Shown piece after piece: positions 14,322 to 25,990 of a stretch of DNA of 64,000 bases; positions within the stretch are counted from its first letter, which is position 1, and each line of letters opens with the position of its first letter. The position numbers and the translations under genes were made by a program. This DNA comes from Phoronis australis (lineage: Eukaryota > Animalia > Phoronida): the NCBI GenBank assembly GCA_002633005.1, contig NMRA01000097.1, forward strand, positions 161,445 through 225,444, read 5' to 3'. A model generated the notes under the pieces. It did not search any database. It was not told the origin of the DNA and worked only from the letters and a program-made list of their open reading frames with translations.

Positions 14322-15120
14322 GTAAGTACTTTGTTTTTAATTAAATAGTAAATTTGCTGTTATTAGACAAGTACTTTCCTCTTTCCACTCGTAAAAAGGC
14401 GCTTCTCGGCGCGCTTCTGAGTTTTGCCTACTATACCCACTCCGCGATTGAAATTTGACATAGAACAGGTCCATTGGTCAGCGTGGTTGTCCAAACGAAT
14501 GCGTTTCCCAAATTCACAAACTCGCCCTGCACACCTGCGTGGTGGGGTGGTAGCATTGCCACACAGTTTAGCAGCCAATGGTGAACTCTTAATTAACCAA
14601 AGCGATTAGGGTTAAGAGTATCATCAATCTCACCCGACCATGTTTTACTGCCTAACAGGCCTGGGTAACACTGGCAGCAACACGTATAAACGAAATTTGT
14701 AGTTTTGAACCTGGTCAATACCACTACAATCCTAAGCGCTTTCTTTTGTCGCTTATGGTTTCGATGTGCCTTTCGGTAACGGAAATAGGAATGCGTTAGC
14801 TTAAGGACTAATGTGAAGCCGATTTTATGAAAGTAAGGGGCCAAATTCTATTTTCGTTTCTTAGCCAGCGAAACCAGACAAAATACAACTTAAATACACC
14901 CATTGGACTAAACGGGTGTTGGGAAGTCTACACACTACATGAGTTTTCATATCTCATTAACTTCGACAGCCACGGGCAGCTGGGTATTGTCTCACAACTA
15001 GATTGACATCTCGACAGTGCTGCTACAGTTTCTGTTCCGGGAGCGCGAGAGATTGGGCTCAATTATGACGTCATTCTGTGTAGTGAACGAGTTCTGCACT
15101 GGTTTTCCTGTGTTTTGCAG

Positions 15121-15459
15121 TCGGCCCTACCAGACTGGTCGTAGAGCAAAATGGCATTGTCATACCAGAGTCTTCAACCAGGCTTCAAGTTACGTACAAT
15201 AAAGGGTACGTGCTCTCGTGTAAGACAGATAACGTCAACAATAACGTAACGTTAAACCTCGAGTATGGGTTCAGCGCTCAAGGTGGTGCCATTCGAAATG
15301 CGCATACACTTGGACTTCATGGCGGAAATCGATTTTCTTCTTCACTGCATTTCGTTGCCAAGGTGTACGTGCACGGCCACAGTGTGCGCTGCAGGTCACA
15401 GAATATAGATCTACCGAGACTGAAACAAGAAAGAGATTTCCGATTGTACTTAGCCGAAG
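15121..15459 (+). CDS. Ig-like domain exon 9 (type A)
   Basis: ttttgcag|TCGGCCCT ... GAAG|gtacat; 339 nt; GPTRL..YVLSCKTD..HGHSVRCRSQN. Confidence 0.87.
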
Positions 15460-15473
15460 GTACATAAATATAC

Positions 15474-16302
15474 ATTATTAGATGGCGAAGTCGTTATCCC
15501 CCGTTATCTAGAGCCCGAGTGGATTTTGGAGAATTATCGCCCGAGGGGTGTTAGCCCCGAGGGTGATTATTCTCCAAAATCCACGAAGGCTCTAGATAAG
15601 GGGGATAACGGCTGAGAACATGTAATAATCTATTTATACCACGTACTGAACTAGAAACATTGCAATGAATCGATTTACCTTATCTGACTCTCCACGGATT
15701 TGCAACTACTTTCTATGTCAGAGGCCCGAAGTCGGAGGTCGTGACCTTTTAAGAAAAGCCGAGCTATTTTTGTCAAATAATGCTTTTACTCAAAACCAAT
15801 TGAAAACTTAAATATAATAGAAATAAATTGAATTTATAAATTAAGGTTTACCAACTATTATAGCTTAAAACACTTTTTTTCACGCTAAGCTTCGACCGGG
15901 AAATTATCGTCTGCTAAAGTAGGTTACCACTTGTAACTGAATATAATTCTCAAGTCAAAGATCCTGACGACACGATACCCGCATTCAAACTGGAGATCGG
16001 TGATTTACAAGTAAGAGGACATGAGAGAAAAATTTCACTGAATTAAGATATCATTTTTATGGAAATTATGTGTCTTATTTTTCGTAGCGTATAAGTACAG
16101 TACAATGTGGATTGTTGAACGTGCGATTATTGCGCGTGATCATTTAAGTATTCTATTTTCACTCTTGATTACGGCAGTCGCTGCATGGTGTAGTGGTAAA
16201 GTCGGCGACCAGCAATTCCAAGGTCCCGGGTTCGCCAAATCGTTATCTCATGGGTTATTACACGGTTGTATCTGCCATTCGAGGCTAATATTGTGGTATA
16301 AA
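15474..16302. mobile_element. Non-autonomous interspersed element with ~150-bp terminal hairpin and short inverted repeats, copy 1
   Basis: Imperfect palindrome at 15475-15629; tttataccac (about 15633) and gtggtataaa (about 16293) are inverted repeats; second copy at 19338-19920. Confidence 0.8.
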
Positions 16303-17625
16303 AGTATATATATGTATACATGTCCATTAGTGACTCAAGCAGTGCATTCAAATGTTCCTTCCACAAATACTCTTTTAAATCTATCATACTTAACACGATA
16401 AACCCCAATTAGCAAATGTGAATTTATTCGCTGTGAGACATCAATTGTACATATAGGTAGGGTGAGAGTGATCGTGGGTTCCGAAGAGAAAACATTCCAA
16501 AATAAGCACGTAATGTATCTGTAATTAACTGTTTATTGATACATCTGACACGGTTATGACAACTTGGAACATACATGTAAGTGCACCTACAAGTCAATAA
16601 TCAAATTGTAACTTACCATAGTAGTGAAAGGTTCCAATGCATAAAAGTAAAACACCTTGCACCAATGGAAATAGGAAAGATGTGGCTGATGAAAGAAATC
16701 AGCATTGTTTGCAGAAATATCAACTTAATATACTCACACCGTTTTATCAATTTACATAATTTCAGTCGTAAAGCTATACTATCGTCATTTAAGGAAAGAC
16801 GTCAAAAATAACCCACTGACCTAGTCTTTACGTTTATGCAACTTGGTAACGAACATGATCTTCAAGGGTGGATCAACCCGTAGTTGAGTAAACGGAAATT
16901 GCCTGGCCTGGTATTGGACGTGCATGAAAGTTTTATCAATTTCTCAACGAAAAACAAATGGTTATTTTGTGGCAAAAGACAGAACGGTCTTAATTTGTAA
17001 GTGTTTTTGAAGGATATGGTTATTTCTTTAATTTGAGATTGTCACTTCTTGTGAAGGACATGTGAACAGAACAGAGAAGTATTATGGTACAGTACAGGTG
17101 ATTTTGAAACAACTGTGAATATACACCTGGAAGATTCCAAATTTCTTCGAAAACCGTTGCTCGCGTAACATTTGTTTCCCGCTGACTTGAACTTGAAGTT
17201 TTTCTTTACAAAAATATTTCAACACTTTAAACTATTGCTACTGGTTACAGTTACAGAGGCCCAAATACATTTATAGTTCGTTCCAACGTCACAGTTTTCA
17301 AATTGTGCTTGACAACGCCGTTATCACAAGATAGGACACAGATCTGACATGAAAGATTCGTAATTTCTACAGTTGAATTGTTCACCCACCACAAAACAGA
17401 CATGACTCAAACCTTTAATACAACACTTTGCGCCCAATCTTACATGTATCATCATACAAATAAAGATTTGTTCACGCACGGAAACATGCAAATTGTTAGC
17501 TAACAATGGATGCCACCTTGTTATTTACCTGTGGATTGAATTGTGAAATAACCGCTTTACCTTTATCGTATACATGTACAGCGTCAAACTTCAACGTGTT
17601 TCTTCATGGACGTATGATTTTGCAG

Positions 17626-17961
17626 GAAAGAAAGCCAAGATAGAAATTGTCGTCACAAACACTGCAAGCGTCGTCAAGACATTCGTGTCCACACGTATAA
17701 AACACAACGAACCCATTCCTGCAGGTACCAGATGCAAGATTGAGTGTTCCACAACCACTGTCCTCCCCGACATCAAGGTGCAGTGGAACCAAACGTTTGT
17801 TCCGACCAAAAATAAACACGACCCGCGTACTGGCGTGTATACGAATTATTTTGAAATCACCATCACGAAAGAACACAACAATATCTTGTTGGTGTGTTCT
17901 GTCCATCACCAACATATACCGGAAGTTGCTTCGTCACTCCCAGTGAGATTGAAGGTCCTTT
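17626..17961 (+). CDS. Ig-like domain exon 10 (type B)
   Basis: ttttgcag|GAAAG ... CTTT|gtaagt; 336 nt; KIECSTT..VQWN..HNNILLVCSVHH. Confidence 0.88.
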
Positions 17962-19337
17962 GTAAGTAAACAATTTATTATACTCGGCATATCTATTCTG
18001 TCCATAAGTTCCCTAAAGTGTGGTGCTCTTTATCCCTCGCCCCACTTCTAAGAAATGTACAGCTTGTCCATTAAATACTAACATATTGTAGTATAGGTCG
18101 CTTATCATGGAGGGCTCATACTTGTTAACCAAAGGGACATTTTGACATCACGTGATTGTTAAGTAGATTGTTTGATAATACGCCTGCAAGCAAAGTTTAA
18201 AAAATGAGACGAGATTAAATCTACGTTTTTTGGATACCCCAGACTTTATGGTAAACAGAAAAGTGTCGACACGACCATGAGGATGTCGTCTAAAACACGA
18301 TTAATGGGTGATCGAGCAAACCCACTACGACGGAAATGAGCGACTTAAGTCTTCAACTCAAATTTTATTGGCAACTTCACGAAGATATGTCTACAACCAA
18401 ATTGTACCTCCCAGGTACATATACGATATGTTTAAGGTTCCAAAATTCTGATCACGAAACGTGAATTAGTTTACTGCTTTCAATTTTCGTATAGTACGTA
18501 ATGAAACTTAATACTCAGTTCAAATTAAATGTCAGTGTTCTTTTGAGAACCAAGTTTTTGCCTTATTGCTGCTATACAATACCATTTCGGACAACTATTT
18601 ACAGTTCTTAATGTAACGGTGTAAATTCGGTTAAATGTCAATCTTTGTTTTTCTCCCGTCATAGTTCGTGCACTTGACTTAGCTTTCGATGTTGTAATCT
18701 TAATCGACCGTTTTGAGGTTTCAAAGCTGGAACGCTAGTCTATTCTTGCATTGCTCAGGTTAACCTCTCAAGTCACAACCAATGCTTACATGTACGTGCG
18801 CCCTTTTCAATATCGCATTTTTAATTTGGACATTCCTGCTAACCTCTAAAACATTTGCTTTGGTTGTTGATAATTACGCTGTCCTTTGTTGGTAACAGAA
18901 TTGGGAATACATGTACATTATTAACTTTTTATAACAGCATGATACATGTACGGATTTTTTGAGAGTAAATCGCGAAGTCGTGTTTTGTGCTCAGTTTGTC
19001 GAACGGTGGCATGTAGTTATAAGGTTATGCAGGCTACTATTGGCAAGATTGGGTGTTTAGACAAGTATCTGAAAAACTACATTGTATAATTCAGTAAAGG
19101 CGTGTGCTTGTTGTATGTAGAACGTCGATAGAATTTGATTTTTGATTTCACACTTATCTCCTCTTAAATATGTCACATGGCCATGTGTTACAAAAAATAG
19201 CATAAGGAAATGTATCTTTACAATCGTATCAAAGCAACAAGGTCAAATTACGTTTGATATCGTTCATGGTGAAATTTCAAATACGCAATTGCAGCTCTCT
19301 TATAATTTCGTTTTCTTTTATGCAACAGGGTATACAT

Positions 19338-19920
19338 AGATTATTACATGGCGAAGTCGTTACCCCCCGTTATCTAGAGCCCGAGTAGATTTTGGAGAAT
19401 TATCGCCTGAGGGGCGTAAGCCCCGAGGGTGATAATTCTCCGAAATCCACGAAGGCTCTAGATAAGGGGGATAACGATTGAGAACATGTAATAATCTATT
19501 TATACTACGACCGGGAAAATATCGTCTGCTAAAGTAGGTTACCAATAGTAACTGAGTATAATGCTCAAGTCAAAGGATCCCGACGACACGATACCTGCAT
19601 TCAAATTGGAGATCGGTGATTTACAAGTGAGCAAACACCGGAGAAAAATTTCACTGAATTAAAATATCGTTTTTTTGGAAAATATGTGTCTTATTTTTCA
19701 TAGCGTATAAATGTCGGTGCAATGCCCTTTGCAGAACATGCGATTGTTGCGCGTGCTCATTTAAGTATTCTATTTTCACGTTCGATGACGTCAGCCGCTG
19801 AGTGGTGTAGTGGTAAAGTCCGGCCTCGGTTCCCGCCAAAATGTTATCTCACTAGTGAGATAACTTTATGGGTTATTACATGGTTGTATCTGCCATTCGA
19901 GGCTAATATTGTGATATAAA
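19338..19920. mobile_element. Same hairpin element, copy 2 (internal deletion)
   Basis: Matches copy 1 at both ends and lacks the segment corresponding to about 15643-15893. Confidence 0.8.
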
Positions 19921-20696
19921 TGTTTTTATCAAACGGTGTATTAAATCTCTTCTAGCAAAAGTCATAGTCAGTTTATTCAAAACATTGTAACAGAGCCAGA
20001 TTCGGTGATGGGTGTGTGTTGTTGACGAAACGTGGTTACTACAGTGTTGGTTTCTACTATCCGCCTTCACTTTGTACTCATCAAGCAGACGTGTGCGGGT
20101 TACAGCAGTTATGACGTCAGGAGCAAGAAAAGACCTTTGCTTTTAAAATATTTATGAAATGAGGGTTAGATAATTTGGTCTAAGGTTAGCCCAATTTTGT
20201 TCTACATGCAAGCTGGTACAGAACTGTTTCATCAAGTCAAGTCCCAGGTTTATCAGATTTCATGTTGTGTCGGTTAAAGGGACCATTACGGGAACATCAT
20301 CGATCTAAGACATAATTTCTGGACGCGATAAATACACTAGTTTACACAGCAGATATTGTATTGGATATTACGATCCGTTGCGATTTTGTGATTCTATTAA
20401 AAATCGGTAGTTCTTGTCGTTGTCGGCAATGATTGCCGGCGAATTTGCCAAATGGTTAAGCTTTTAAAAATACCATGCCATTGATCAGTTGGGATTCTGC
20501 TCCACCAGTAGAGCATAAGCTGCGATCGAGTGGTTCTAGGTAAGATTTAATATCAAGGGAGGTCTCAGAAAACTACATTTCTAGTCGATATTTTCCCTTT
20601 AATAAAACTAAGTGCATGCGCAAACTGTTACATCCTCTGGGAAACTAAGCCTCGTGGATTTAGAAACGACATGATGGTGAAATTTATTCTGTGTAG

Positions 20697-21041
20697 ATGG
20701 TCCAAGCACCGTGACGATGTCATTGAACAAAGCGGGAGCGCGCTTAGACCGTGATTCGAAAACGATTTTCATGAGAAACGGAATCAACTATACCGTCACC
20801 TGTTTAACCGACGATGTCTCACAAGTGGCAGTTTGGAACGTACACGGACTCACGACCCTCCGGGGCCAATTTCAAAATGAGTTTTCGAGGGCTCCAGACA
20901 AGAACGGGGGTCGCGTCTTTGGGATACATCTGAACTTCAACGCCGATGGTCTTCATGACAACCAGGTATCATGCTCCGCCTTCAACAGCCTGCACAGCTC
21001 GTTCACTGCCACTACGGAAACATTCAGGTTACACGTATCAA
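20697..21041 (+). CDS. Ig-like domain exon 11 (type A)
   Basis: gtgtag|ATGGTCCA ... TCAA|gtaaga; 345 nt; YTVTCLTD..HDNQVSCSAFN. Confidence 0.87.
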
Positions 21042-21417
21042 GTAAGAATTGTTGTTTTCGTAGCCAGTCAAATTGTAGGGCGCATCACTATGCCGTCGTT
21101 GAGGTTGGCAATTTTTTTGCAGATTTAAAGCTGAATTTGGCCTGCTCGGCTGATTAAAACTGATGATCGAATCAGGTATTTTACGCTAATGAATTCACCT
21201 TTACAAGAGTACTCATTTTAATAGGATTTAATTCACATTGTTATTAATCAAAAGCAATTTATACAAGCGCCATTTGCTTGAGCTACGCATAGTTTTGATC
21301 TGATTGTTTGTAAAACGGTAAACACTCCTACAACGGTAGGGAGAATTAACAGACCGAATGTATTTGAGTAAAAGACTCAATTTAAGTTTTTTTCTAATCA
21401 CCTAAACAGGGCTAACT

Positions 21418-21563
21418 CAGGGGCGGATCCAGGATTCTGAGTTAGGGCACAGTACTAGCAAGGATTTTGCACGTCAGATATTGGCACTCCCGAACTGCCA
21501 ACTGTAATCTGGTGTAAATTTAGGGGACCATGGCCCATTTATTCCCCTCTAAATCCGTAACTG
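21418..21563. mobile_element. Small MITE-like element, same TIR family
   Basis: caggggcggatccagg ... taaatccgtaactg imperfect inverted termini. Confidence 0.5.
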
Positions 21564-22760
21564 CAACTGCAGCTTTATATGTGGTTCATTTGTACTATTA
21601 AGTGACAACGAAAAGTGGCAATGGTCAGCTCCACATGTGTTTAAAAGTGGGCAAAGCTAAGCTAGTCGATGTTTTTACAAGTACGTACACTGCAGCAGAC
21701 AGTTCGACAGGTGCAGAAGTAAAACGCTTTCACAAGCTCCACACAGTGAGTTTTGTTTCGAGCGGGGAAAGTTAAGCGTTTTGCCAGTCAGTTTAGGCGA
21801 AAATATCAGCATCTCATTATCCTACATAATTTCTTGAACTCAAAAGTGATACATTCTGACGCTTCATCTGTTTTGTACTTGTCATTGAGGGACATGTATC
21901 CAGCTGAAAATCTTGAATATTGACCACTTACAACTCCACGTCCAGTCTTGCAGACAGAGATTATGAACATGTATACTGCGTTTTATCACCACGTAGTGGG
22001 AAACGTTTGAGATTGTCAGTGCGTTACCAGAAAATAGTCATCTAGGTTTGTATGATAAGTCCAAAAATAGGTTTTGCGTGATCTACCGAATAAACTAGTG
22101 TGCATGGGCTTTACTTGTTTCGGAGACTTTGAAAACAAGCATAAGAACAACTATATGTGTTTGCAAAGCATAGCTACAATATGAGGAGGGACGAACATCT
22201 GGGACAGCGTCCGTTTCAATAACCTAAGAGATGAACATTGTCTTGAATAACTTCTGTGGGATCTCACACACACAACAATACAGACGATCGTTCGCACACC
22301 CACGCACCGGTAATGTTCGGATACAACGTGCCCGAATTTTAAGAACAAGTTTTCTCCGCTGAATAGTAACGGACATCAAACTGGCTCTCGAAACACGGCA
22401 CGGTGTACATGTATCCGACTGTTGCCCACTCACAGATACACGCACGCGCACATCCACGCAGAATCACGCACAAGCGAGCAACACAACTTGGTGCCAGAAT
22501 ATAAAAGGGCGAGACTGACCTCACGAACATACACAGTAGGATCCAAATTGTATTTTCTTCCTTTTACTCGAAACTTTTTTTACGAAATATCACCAGTGGT
22601 ACCGTGGTGTGCGAGGATATCAACACCATGCAGTTTCAACGATCCTGTGAAGGTGTTGTTCCTCCAACAACTTTAGCCTATTCCAGATGGTACAGGATGT
22701 TAAGAACGTATACGATGGGAGTGAAGCTTAGTATTGGGAATATGTCATGGGAACAAAACA

Positions 22761-23050
22761 CTAATTCCTACTAATCCTAATGGGAAGTGGTTGATAATAC
22801 CGTATGCAAGGAGTAAGGAAGAAGTGTCTTACAGAAACGTTTGAAAAATTACGAAGTGCGCTGATACCGTCACTCCAATGTATAAGGATCGTGCCGCGAT
22901 CGGGAACATTTCCAGCGAAGCGATTTTTTTGTTTGATTGGATTAGTACAGCTTATCCAGTCAGTACGAGTTTTCAGTGTGTGTTGTCGAACAGCGTTGAC
23001 ATATTCGTAAGCTACATGGTTGTTCGTGTCCAAGTCCTGCTGCTGAGGTA
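22761..23050 (-). mobile_element. Possible decayed LINE reverse-transcriptase fragment
   Basis: Weak similarity in order and spacing to the AFD.V.H ... GP.LF..YINDLP motifs. Confidence 0.3.
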
Positions 23051-23333
23051 CGGTGACACCAAATTGTCTGACAATGAGACATTGCCTTCAAATTAAAAAC
23101 GATGCGTGTTTGGGCGGTTTAGAGTTTTCCTGTTCGGGTTATTCAACAAAGTTAAACTACACATTTGTTTATCATTCTCTCGACATGATTTCATTTGAAC
23201 ACGAATCAATATGCGGAATGTCTCGTAACACCGTAGCGAGCCTGACAAAAATCCTCAGATGTGCTCACTTTCATTTTTTCAATCAGTAGCCATTACTTTC
23301 CGCGCTCCATTATTCCTTCCATTTATTTGACAG

Positions 23334-23651
23334 AGGGACCTACACACCTCAGGTTCTCGGTCACTGGCCCCTTCTATCAAGTGGATAATTACTTCATAGC
23401 TGTGCAGAGTGGTTGGACTTACTCGATATCGTGCACAACCGACGCAACTCTGAATCTCGCAAATATGAGCCTGCAGGTTAATCACACAGAAGCAGTTGGT
23501 ATGACAGGAACTTTAGACTATCATTTCACCATGACGGTTCCTAACGTAAAAGCCAATCCGGCCATGAATGGAACACAAATAGTCTGCAAGGCTTTCAACG
23601 TGCATGAAAGATTCTTCGAAATCATCAGAACCATACCTCTATATGTTGTCG
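23334..23651 (+). CDS. Ig-like domain exon 12 (type A)
   Basis: ttgacag|AGGGACCT ... GTCG|gttagt; 318 nt; YSISCTTD..NGTQIVCKAFN. Confidence 0.87.
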
Positions 23652-24938
23652 GTTAGTGTTTATGACTCGAATTACTTTATGAACATTTAACACTAGTATT
23701 GGTAAAGCAGGTGGTGTCCAGGTCACGTGGTTGAATTGCCACTGGGACTCTCTGATGGCTATTAAACCCTTAATCCTCTCAATGAAACAACACGATGGTA
23801 GCCACCTTGTCTAAACACAATAATCTGAATGAACAGATACCATGTCTCGCAACACTGTTTTTTCTCATTGATTTAAAGTTATTGTAGAAATCTCACAAAA
23901 GACTCCGAATTGTCTAAACACAGAACCATGTTCATGATAAAATTCTGCAGGTGAACCGCTGGATATCCAGTTTTCAATCGACGGAGTCGACCAGCCTTTT
24001 AAGCAGAGAACATTCAGCTTCATCACCAAACCTCTTGTAAGAAACCTCACATGTTGGGTCGCCAGTGTTCTGAAAGATGTCAGTATATGGCACGTGGCAA
24101 ACCTGGGAACTTTTGCCACCGTCAGTCTAACAACACGGCTTGATCAGTGAGTATAGCATGGTGGGAACACTCCCAACGAAAACCACTGCAGACGATGACG
24201 AACTGGTTTTTCCTTGTGTTTGCTTATCGTGCTTGTCAGTAAGCGTGTAATGCATTTTGTAATTAACCCATACACATGTATGATCCATTAAATGTAGCTG
24301 CATTACTTAGGCTCAACTGAAAACCATGTGCTTTGCTGTTTTATGTAGGTACCCGTGGTTTATACACTATAGCACTATGCCGTTCATAGCCAAAGATTAC
24401 CATAACAACAGAGTCCATGGTTGTGAGGTCAGCCATCCCATGCTGGAGCGATCCAAGCGGATGATTTCGTTAGTCGTTTTCCGTAAGTGATTTTTAAGCG
24501 GTTCTCAAGTAGGGATTTATGAGAAAATCTTCATAATGCGACAGCGATAACGATTCACTAAGTAAGAGCAAATATCTCTTAGTTAAGATTCACTCTGTGT
24601 CTAATTTTAATTTTGAGATTAAAGCCTCGGAGCAGTAATATACCGGGAAGGTTTAAAAGGGCATCTGGTTTAATGGTTTATTAGTGAGAACGAGCCTTAA
24701 AGTTAAAAAATGTGACTAGATCCACGCAATATTTACATGTGCAACATGGACTTGTAGACACCTTCAAATTTCAGAACTACCGAAATTCCTGGAATCGGTC
24801 AGAGCGCCATGGTCCCTCTGTTGCCCAGCAACACTCCCTTGCCCATTTTGCCAGATTGCTCATAACACTTTAGCTTCATTTCGGCAGACTTTGTAGTCCA
24901 ATTTGTGAATACTCGTAAAATTACTATTGATGTTACAG

Positions 24939-25274
24939 ACGGTCCACTGCGTTTGGCAATAGAGACACCACAGTTAGGACAGCAGTTCATACAATCCGAT
25001 GACAGCATGGTGGTCCACTTATTGAACGACGTCACCTATCGTATAAACTGCGTCACGGACGGGGTACACGAAAAGGCGTCTATGCATTTTACACTATCAA
25101 ATCATTCAACGTCGTCAAACGTCATGGAAACAAAAGAATATTATAAAATTTTTGTTGCACAGTTAGCCGTACACACTTACCCAGAACTGAACGACACGGA
25201 CATTGCTTGTTTCGCCCAAAACGCAGACGTACCTTCCAAGCAGGTTCGACTCAAGAAACACGTCATCGTTGAAA
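24939..25274 (+). CDS. Ig-like domain exon 13 (type A)
   Basis: ttacag|ACGGTCCA ... GAAA|gtaaga; 336 nt; YRINCVTD..NDTDIACFAQN. Confidence 0.87.
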
Positions 25275-25813
25275 GTAAGAAACAACGTTGATAATTCCGT
25301 TCCTTCAGTCCGGGTCCTCTCTATATAAAATCTCTTCTAGGCCCATCATTTGACGCAAATAACGACAGAATTCGCACCTTTGTGTAGGGAACACATTTAC
25401 ATTTATATGAATCCGAAACAGAATATCATTGTTATCACCCTACATGTACTGGGCAAGTCAATTCAAATTCTTGGGAATTTCCATAGATGTTTTGTTACAT
25501 TTGTAGAAGGCGGACACGCATAATAATGCCAAAACCCCATGTTCCATACCCCTAACGCACCAGTCTATACATGTATACCCACAGCAATAGCAAAGAAGAA
25601 CAGGCCTGATAGGATGCAATGCAATTCACAGTAACAAAAATTCAACACTAAACGGTTGCTGCAAAATTGTAGTACATGTATGCCATTACCTGAGCCTAGA
25701 CACATGTCTTAAGGTTAATTGTTTGCGTTCTGTATATCTTCCGTTATAAATAGTTAATTTTAATATTGAGATATAAACACTCTGTCTCATATCAATCTCT
25801 TTGAACTTTGAAG

Positions 25814-25990
25814 TCGGCTGGTCACCGTGGGTATCAGCACAGTGCAGCGTTACGTGCGGTGCGGGGACCTACAAGCGTACTCGAACATGCTTAAGACCGG
25901 ATGACGTGGACACTTATTGCCAGGGACTTGACGTGGATTTTAAATCCTGCCGATTCGAGCTTTCTTGCGAAAAGGTTAAGTATATGAAAG
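25814..25990 (+). CDS. Thrombospondin type-1 repeat exon
   Basis: GWSPWVSAQCSVTCGAGTYKRTRTC..C..C..C matches the TSP1 WSxW/CSVTCG/RxRxC pattern. The donor at 25990 (AAAG|gttcgc) was chosen because it gives the phase 1 needed by the next exon; a phase-0 donor at 25974 is an alternative. Confidence 0.85.

Noticed and set aside
22230-22600. TATA-like tataaaagggcg in a CA-rich stretch, possible solo LTR or promoter
   Set aside because: No second copy, TG..CA boundaries or TSD identified.
21042-23333. Expected type-B Ig exon between exons 11 and 12
   Set aside because: No ORF with the Cys/His pattern and splice sites was found.
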